Assembly: GCA_965369655.1 (NCBI GenBank)
Contig: CBDUQR010000004.1
Coordinates: 7,951 to 71,950, forward strand
Direction of reading: 5' to 3'
Length of the DNA stretch: 64,000 bases
From: an uncultured bacterium
Lineage (GTDB): Bacteria > Zixibacteria > MSB-5A5 > JAABVY01 > JAHJOQ01
Under the pieces are notes generated by a model. The model saw only the letters and a list, made by a program, of their open reading frames with translations, searched no databases and was not told where the DNA came from. Of this stretch, positions 59,092 through 64,000 are shown one piece after another. Numbering within the stretch: position 1 is the first letter of the stretch; each line of letters opens with the position of its first letter. The translations under genes and the position numbers were made by a program.

Positions 59092-60382
59092 GAGACTGAT
59101 TCCAGCGTTTGTGGCCACCCTGTTTGTCATTGTGACGGTCACACCATCCACGGCTGCCGAGATCATCGATGAGATAGTCGCTGTAGTGGGTGACTATGTG
59201 ATCCTGAAATCCGAGGTGGAGTTCCAGGCGCAACTCTGGCTGCTTCAGCGGGAGCAGCAGGGTCAACAGGTTTCGGCAGGCGATGTCGACGAGATCAAGA
59301 ACGATCTGACGCAGCAGATGGTAAATGACAAACTGATTCTCATCAAAGCGTTCAAGGACACGACGATTTCGATTTCATCGGAGCAGGTCGAGTCCGCGCT
59401 CGACATGAAGCTCGAAGAGTTGAAGGGTCGATTCTCTTCACAGGCTGAGTTCGACAGGCAGATGTTGCAGGAGGGGCTGACATACAGAGAGGTCAAGAAC
59501 AAGTTCCGCGAGGAAGTGCGCAATCAGCTTTACAAAGACAAGTTGATTGCACGAGAATTGTCTAAGATATCCGTTGCGCCATCTGAGGTCGCGGAGTTCT
59601 TCGAAAAATACAGAGACAGCCTTCCACAGCACCCTGACGCGGTGAAACTGTCACACCTGTTGCTCAAGGTCGAGCCTGGTCAGGGTACTCTCGATTCGGC
59701 TAAGGCTCAAGCCGAAAGGGTCAGAGGACTGCTCGACGAGGGCAACGCTTTCGACGAACTGGCCCGGAACTATTCAGAGGACCCATCAGCGTCGAGCGGC
59801 GGTGATCTCGGGTACTTCGGTCGGGGCGATCTGGTCGAGGAGTTCGAGAAAGCGGCTTTCGCACTGGAGATTGGCGAAACTTCGGATATCGTCCTGACTC
59901 AGTACGGCTATCACATCATCAGATGCATGGACAAGCAGGCCGAACGCATCAGGTGCAGTCACATATTGTTCCTGACCAAACCGACACAGGAAGACCTTCA
60001 GACGGTCATGAGATTCGCCGACAGCCTGAAGTCCGTTGCCGAAGCTGGAGAAGATTTCTCTGCGCTGGTCAAAGAGCATTCGATCGACGAGGAGACAAAG
60101 ATACAGGGAGGCGAGCTCGGCTGGTTCATTTCATCGGAGATGACTCCTGAGTTCGCGGTGGCGATCCAGGGACTCGAACCGGGTGATATCTCTGAGCCGA
60201 CAGAGTCACAGTTCGGCGTTCATATTCTGAAGGTCCTGGACAAGCAGATCAGTCGACCGTGGAGCATGGATGAAGACCGAGATCGTCTCAAAGAATTCGC
60301 CCGACGCCAGAAGACTGAGCAGGTCGTCAGCAAGCTCCTCGACGAAATGACCAAAGAGACCTTTGTCGAGATTCGCAACTGA
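59078..60382 (+). CDS. surA: periplasmic chaperone/PPIase SurA-like (SurA N-terminal domain plus two parvulin domains)
   Basis: Signal peptide; SurA_N-like region; parvulin domains (VKLSHLLL...GGDLGYF; IRCSHILF...GGELGWF). Confidence 0.75.
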   Translation: MKMIKRLIPAFVATLFVIVTVTPSTAAEIIDEIVAVVGDYVILKSEVEFQAQLWLLQREQQGQQVSAGDVDEIKNDLTQQMVNDKLILIKAFKDTTISISSEQVESALDMKLEELKGRFSSQAEFDRQMLQEGLTYREVKNKFREEVRNQLYKDKLIARELSKISVAPSEVAEFFEKYRDSLPQHPDAVKLSHLLLKVEPGQGTLDSAKAQAERVRGLLDEGNAFDELARNYSEDPSASSGGDLGYFGRGDLVEEFEKAAFALEIGETSDIVLTQYGYHIIRCMDKQAERIRCSHILFLTKPTQEDLQTVMRFADSLKSVAEAGEDFSALVKEHSIDEETKIQGGELGWFISSEMTPEFAVAIQGLEPGDISEPTESQFGVHILKVLDKQISRPWSMDEDRDRLKEFARRQKTEQVVSKLLDEMTKETFVEIRN

Positions 60383-60384
60383 GC

Positions 60385-60630
60385 ATGCGTCTCGACGATT
60401 ATATTTCAACAGTCAGGGTCATCAAGAGACGTACACTCGCGAAAAAGATGATCGAGGGCGGGCTGGTGAAGCTCAACGGGAAGTCAGTGAAACCGGCTCA
60501 TCCGGTTCAGGTCGGCGACATGATCCGTGTGACATTCGGACAGAAGAAGATCGATCTGGAGGTCATCGAGGTACCGGTAAAATCAGTCCGGAAAGCTGAC
60601 TGCGAAAACTTCTACAAGAGGTTGATCTGA
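60385..60630 (+). CDS. S4-domain RNA-binding protein (Hsp15/YlmH-like)
   Basis: 81 aa; MRLDDYISTVRVIKRRTLAKKMIEGGLVKLNGKSVKPAHPVQVGD: an alpha-L S4 motif. Confidence 0.75.
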   Translation: MRLDDYISTVRVIKRRTLAKKMIEGGLVKLNGKSVKPAHPVQVGDMIRVTFGQKKIDLEVIEVPVKSVRKADCENFYKRLI

Positions 60631-60725
60631 CATATTCGCACCGAAACGAAGATACCGCAGGTTTGAATGCAAACTGTACTGTGGGCGGCAGACGTCCTGA
60701 GGCTGACTCAAAAGCCCTATTCTCC

Positions 60726-60839
60726 AGTAGGTCGGCGTTCCTCAGCAAGCGAAGCTTGCCAGAAACCCGACTCCCGCGCAACAAGATGGAAGTGTCGCGT
60801 TTCTCACCTGATTACATCAGGTTCGGAACACGACCTACT
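60726..60839. repeat. 114-nt TIR-bounded structured element, copy B (see 36346-36459); flanking 20- and 27-nt modules are the inverted and swapped versions of those around copy A
   Basis: Left flank gggcggcagacgtcctgagg is the reverse complement of copy A's right flank cctcaggacgtctgtcgccc; right flank gacaacctctcctcgtctgccccatct matches the reverse complement of copy A's left flank. Confidence 0.8.
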
Positions 60840-60937
60840 TATGGGACAACCTCTCCTCGTCTGCCCCATCTGATGCTGAAATCGGCAAGTTTTAATAAGC
60901 CCCAATATTTAAGTACCACTCACCCGGACCTGAACAA

Positions 60938-62062
60938 ATGAGCCGCATGCACAGAACCGACAGTGATAAACTGGTAGAGAAGGCGGTCTTAGTCGGCGTC
61001 AAAATCGGGCAGACATCGGAATTCGCGTTCCGGGAGTCACTGGACGAACTGGCATCGCTGGTCGTGTCGGCAGGCGCCGAGGTGGTCGCGACTGTAACTC
61101 AGTCCCTTAAGCGCGTCAATTCGACATCCATGGTCGGCAAAGGCAAAGTTGAGGAGATAGCCGACTGTATCGAGGAGCATGATGCAAATATCGTCGTTTT
61201 CGACGATCAGCTCTCGCCTGCCCAGGTACGTAATCTGGAGGAAAAACTGGATGTCAAAGTCATCGACAGGGGCGCACTGATTCTGGATATCTTCGGCAAA
61301 CGTGCAACTACAAATGAGGCACGAGTACAGGTCGAAGTGGCGCAACTCGAGTATATGTTGCCGCGCCTGACGCGCCAGTGGTCCCATTTCTCGAAACATG
61401 TGGGCGGTATCGGGACAAGAGGCCCGGGAGAAACTCAGCTCGAAACCGACAGGCGTCTCACCCGCAAGCGAATCTCGGCCCTCTCTGATCGACTCAAGAG
61501 GATAGACCGGGAGCGAGAGGTACAGCGTAAGAAACGCAGAAACATGTTCAATGTCTGCCTTGTCGGCTATACCAATGCGGGCAAGTCGACCCTTTTCAAC
61601 GCCCTGACGAAAGAAAAAGTGTGGGTTGAGAATATGCTCTTCTGCACACTCGACTCGACATCGAGATCGCTCTATGTCGGCGACGGACGCAAAGTCATTT
61701 TCACCGACACCATCGGATTTATCAGAAAGCTCCCGCACCAGCTCGTTGCATCGTTTAAGGCGACCCTTGATGAAGTCCGCTACGCGGATCTCTTGATCCA
61801 TGTCGTAGATTTCTCTCATCCGCACTATGTCAGGAGAATTGCGGACGTCGAAGATGTTCTCTCGGATCTTGGCGCCCTCGATGTTCAGAATATCCTCGCC
61901 TTTAACAAGATCGATTTGTCATCTGAGGCTTACCTTGATTTTGGCCAAATCGTTGTACCCGAATCAGATAAGTTCTTCATCTCCGCCACTCAGAAAATCG
62001 GACTCGATCTGCTCATTAAGAGAATCGCCCATATAGCCGAAGATAGTAGGGATGGGCAGTAA
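60938..62062 (+). CDS. hflX: GTPase HflX
   Basis: HflX N-terminal domain; G1 VGYTNAGKSTLFNALT, G3 DTIGF, G4 NKID. Confidence 0.9.
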   Translation: MSRMHRTDSDKLVEKAVLVGVKIGQTSEFAFRESLDELASLVVSAGAEVVATVTQSLKRVNSTSMVGKGKVEEIADCIEEHDANIVVFDDQLSPAQVRNLEEKLDVKVIDRGALILDIFGKRATTNEARVQVEVAQLEYMLPRLTRQWSHFSKHVGGIGTRGPGETQLETDRRLTRKRISALSDRLKRIDREREVQRKKRRNMFNVCLVGYTNAGKSTLFNALTKEKVWVENMLFCTLDSTSRSLYVGDGRKVIFTDTIGFIRKLPHQLVASFKATLDEVRYADLLIHVVDFSHPHYVRRIADVEDVLSDLGALDVQNILAFNKIDLSSEAYLDFGQIVVPESDKFFISATQKIGLDLLIKRIAHIAEDSRDGQ

Positions 62063-62078
62063 TTCCCGGGGAACAGCA

Positions 62079-62444
62079 ATGAGCAGCAATCAGGTTCTCA
62101 TAGTCGATGACAATCCGAACATGTCGGCGCTACTGTCCGATATGCTCGATGTCTTTGATTTCAGTTCACAGCAGGCCACTGGCGGAATTGAAGCGCTTGA
62201 GAAACTTGCGACCGAGGATTTCTCGATGGTCATCACCGATTTGCGGATGCCGGAAATGTCCGGATCAGAACTGCTCCGCTCGATCAAAGAAAAGTATCCG
62301 GATATGCCGGTCATAGTTATCTCGGGCTACAGTCTTGCCGAAGAGGAGGACGCCGTACTCTCCGAATTGGCAGACGAGTTCATCAACAAGCCCTTCCGAA
62401 TGGACGACATAGAGTGCGTCCTGCAAAAAATTTTCGACAACTGA
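62079..62444 (+). CDS. response-regulator receiver domain protein (CheY-like, stand-alone)
   Basis: VLIVDDNPNM...DFSMVITDLRMPEMSG...VIVISGY; start taken at MSSNQ (62079) rather than 62052, which overlaps hflX. Confidence 0.8.
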   Translation: MSSNQVLIVDDNPNMSALLSDMLDVFDFSSQQATGGIEALEKLATEDFSMVITDLRMPEMSGSELLRSIKEKYPDMPVIVISGYSLAEEEDAVLSELADEFINKPFRMDDIECVLQKIFDN

Positions 62445-62528
62445 TACAGACGCCCCATCTCTCTTCCACCATCTCATTTCGCACAAATGCTGTCTGGCCG
62501 ATGATTCGCAATGCAATCACGGTGCCTA

Positions 62529-63737
62529 TTACATCGACTTCCTGAGGATTATCACAGGAGCCTCGGCGGGACATCCAAGCCTGAACGGAAACCAGTGCCC
62601 GACACCGGCAGATGTATAGAGTTGTGACTTGCCATTGATGTACTTTCCCCAGAAGAAGTTCGGCGGGTCTTCAGATTCAAATACGGATCTGCCTGCCAAT
62701 CCAGCCTGCCCGCCATGCGTGTGTCCGGCGAGGGTCAGATGCACGCCTTGCTCAGCGGCTCTTGTGAAACCGCGCGGTCGGTGTGACATCAGCACCTTGA
62801 ACGACGACTCCGGCGCCGCTGCGAGCGTATAGTCGACCGTCTCGCGAAGAAAGTTGTCGGCATTTCCCCATAGATCGTACGGATCGTCCGCGCCGCCTAC
62901 GAACAAATCGACGCCTTTCACATCGATCACTGTCCCCCTGTTCACGAGTAGCGGCACATCACTCTGCGCATGTATCCTGAAACACTCCCTGACGCCGTGG
63001 TAATACTCGTGGTTACCGAGCGATGCAAGACAGCCGTAAGCAGGATTGAGCGAAGCCATCAGGCTGAGAGTTTTCGGAAGGTCAGTTGTCACGTCGCATA
63101 TATCACCGGTAATCAGGACCAGGTCGGGGCGATGAATCCGCGCATCATCGATCAGGGTCTCGAGATCAGATAAGCGAAAATACCTGCCGAGATGAAGGTC
63201 TGAGAAGTGCAGGATTCTGAATCCATCGAGTTGATCCGGCAGGTCATCGTATTTGAAATCGATCTCCGGGATTTTCACTCCAAGAAATGATGCCGAAAAA
63301 CCGCCAACTCCGGTGGTCAGCGTCGCGGCGGGAAACGCAACTGCGGCTTTTCTGAGGAAACTCCTGCGACTGATCTCATCCCCCTTCGTCTTTCCTTCAG
63401 GCTGTGATCTGCTATGTCGTTCCAACACGCCCGCAATAATGTGAAAAATTCCTGACAGAGGAAACGCGAGTGCCATAGCGAGCAGCACTATGAATGCGAA
63501 TGATGAGACGATCGATCCGATCACTGTAATGAGCATCAGGTCGCTGGCAAATCCGAACAGAAACAGACCGGTTCCAATAAGCGTGACAATCGGGACAGCC
63601 CAGGCAGCTCGCCGTACTATCCTGATCTTCCACCAATCGCGATTTGCGAATCTAAGAGACAACAGCGCGATCGCGCTGAGCAGGGCGATGATACTGACTA
63701 TGACAAGCAGGAACATCATTATCTCACATAACTCCAA
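62529..63737 (-). CDS. membrane-anchored calcineurin-like metallophosphoesterase (YkuE-like)
   Basis: Three N-terminal TM helices; HFSDLHLG, GDICD, GNHEY, GHTHGGQ motifs. Confidence 0.8.
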   Translation of the reverse strand: MELCEIMMFLLVIVSIIALLSAIALLSLRFANRDWWKIRIVRRAAWAVPIVTLIGTGLFLFGFASDLMLITVIGSIVSSFAFIVLLAMALAFPLSGIFHIIAGVLERHSRSQPEGKTKGDEISRRSFLRKAAVAFPAATLTTGVGGFSASFLGVKIPEIDFKYDDLPDQLDGFRILHFSDLHLGRYFRLSDLETLIDDARIHRPDLVLITGDICDVTTDLPKTLSLMASLNPAYGCLASLGNHEYYHGVRECFRIHAQSDVPLLVNRGTVIDVKGVDLFVGGADDPYDLWGNADNFLRETVDYTLAAAPESSFKVLMSHRPRGFTRAAEQGVHLTLAGHTHGGQAGLAGRSVFESEDPPNFFWGKYINGKSQLYTSAGVGHWFPFRLGCPAEAPVIILRKSM

Positions 63738-63871
63738 TGAATCAATACTTGTTCAGTTGAATTCAACCGTGTTTCAGGCATCGTTGTATCCACCATGAGC
63801 AATGCCAATATAGGAATGGTTGCTGCGAGTGCAAGCCATTGGATTAAAAAAACCCGTTGCTGTTGACTGCC

Positions 63872-64000
63872 TTACTTCATATCTACGTTGTATGAGAGTG
63901 GCTGCGTGGCGAAGCCGTGAGGCAGTCTATCCAGAGACGCCCCCGTTCCATCCATCGGAAGAATACCCGGAATCGATATTCCCGGAAACCACAGACAGTC
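63872..64000 (-). CDS. possible C-terminal end of a gene that starts beyond the right edge (partial, about 42 aa visible)
   Basis: Open reverse frame ...DCLWFPGISIPGILPMDGTGASLDRLPHGFATQPLSYNVDMK* ending at the TAA at 63872-63874; too short to assign. Confidence 0.25.
   Translation of the reverse strand, partial: DCLWFPGISIPGILPMDGTGASLDRLPHGFATQPLSYNVDMK

Overview
This 64-kb window is a bacterial chromosomal segment of moderate GC. Coding density is high, strong GGAGG Shine-Dalgarno sites are frequent, and an unusual number of secreted proteins end in a double dockerin-like repeat (GDxDxSGxVDIDDVVYLIxYIFxGGPxP), which suggests an uncultivated, non-model lineage. I found no rRNA, tRNA, CRISPR array or transposase.

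Housekeeping genes:
- ABC transporter ATPase (partial, at the left edge).
- Two tandem radical-SAM methylthiotransferases (MiaB-like and miaB).
- An OmpA-family protein with TSP3 repeats.
- maeB, a HIT-family protein, a STAS-domain protein, yigZ, dprA.
- A DRG/TGS GTPase, purL, mfd.
- Two SurA/parvulin peptidyl-prolyl isomerases, an S4-domain protein, hflX.
- A receiver domain and two metallophosphoesterases.
- An EamA transporter, an SSS symporter and a Ser/Thr kinase with TPR repeats.

Accessory or unusual content:
1. A 1226-aa protein with an N-terminal SIR2 domain, AT-richer than its neighbours (16658-20338). It resembles defense-associated sirtuins.
2. A beta-class DNA methyltransferase with a C-terminal SNase-like OB domain (23397-24680). 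It is bracketed by 146-bp direct repeats that each contain a terminator, and it is convergent with an AT-rich 599-aa unknown protein (24821-26620).
3. A pervasive mosaic REP/BIME-like intergenic repeat system. It includes a 21-bp tandem triplication and a 114-nt element bounded by terminal inverted repeats (TIRs). The element occurs twice (36346-36459 and 60726-60839), with compensatory base changes in three stems and opposite orientation relative to shared flanking modules.
4. A 1.67-kb non-coding, repeat-rich gap (34833-36499).
5. An aconitase-family LeuC-like large subunit that appears to have lost its catalytic and Fe-S ligand motifs and carries an HTH-like N-terminal extension, followed by a canonical LeuD type-2 small subunit.
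6. A serine-palmitoyltransferase-like, GNAT and SDR gene cluster that suggests ceramide-type lipid synthesis.
7. Four tandem dockerin-tagged paralogs sharing a ~480-bp near-identical tract.
8. Dockerin-tagged C1 and clan-CD (C25-like) proteases.
9. Two strong-SD hypothetical membrane-protein genes in an AT-rich islet (46220-47287).
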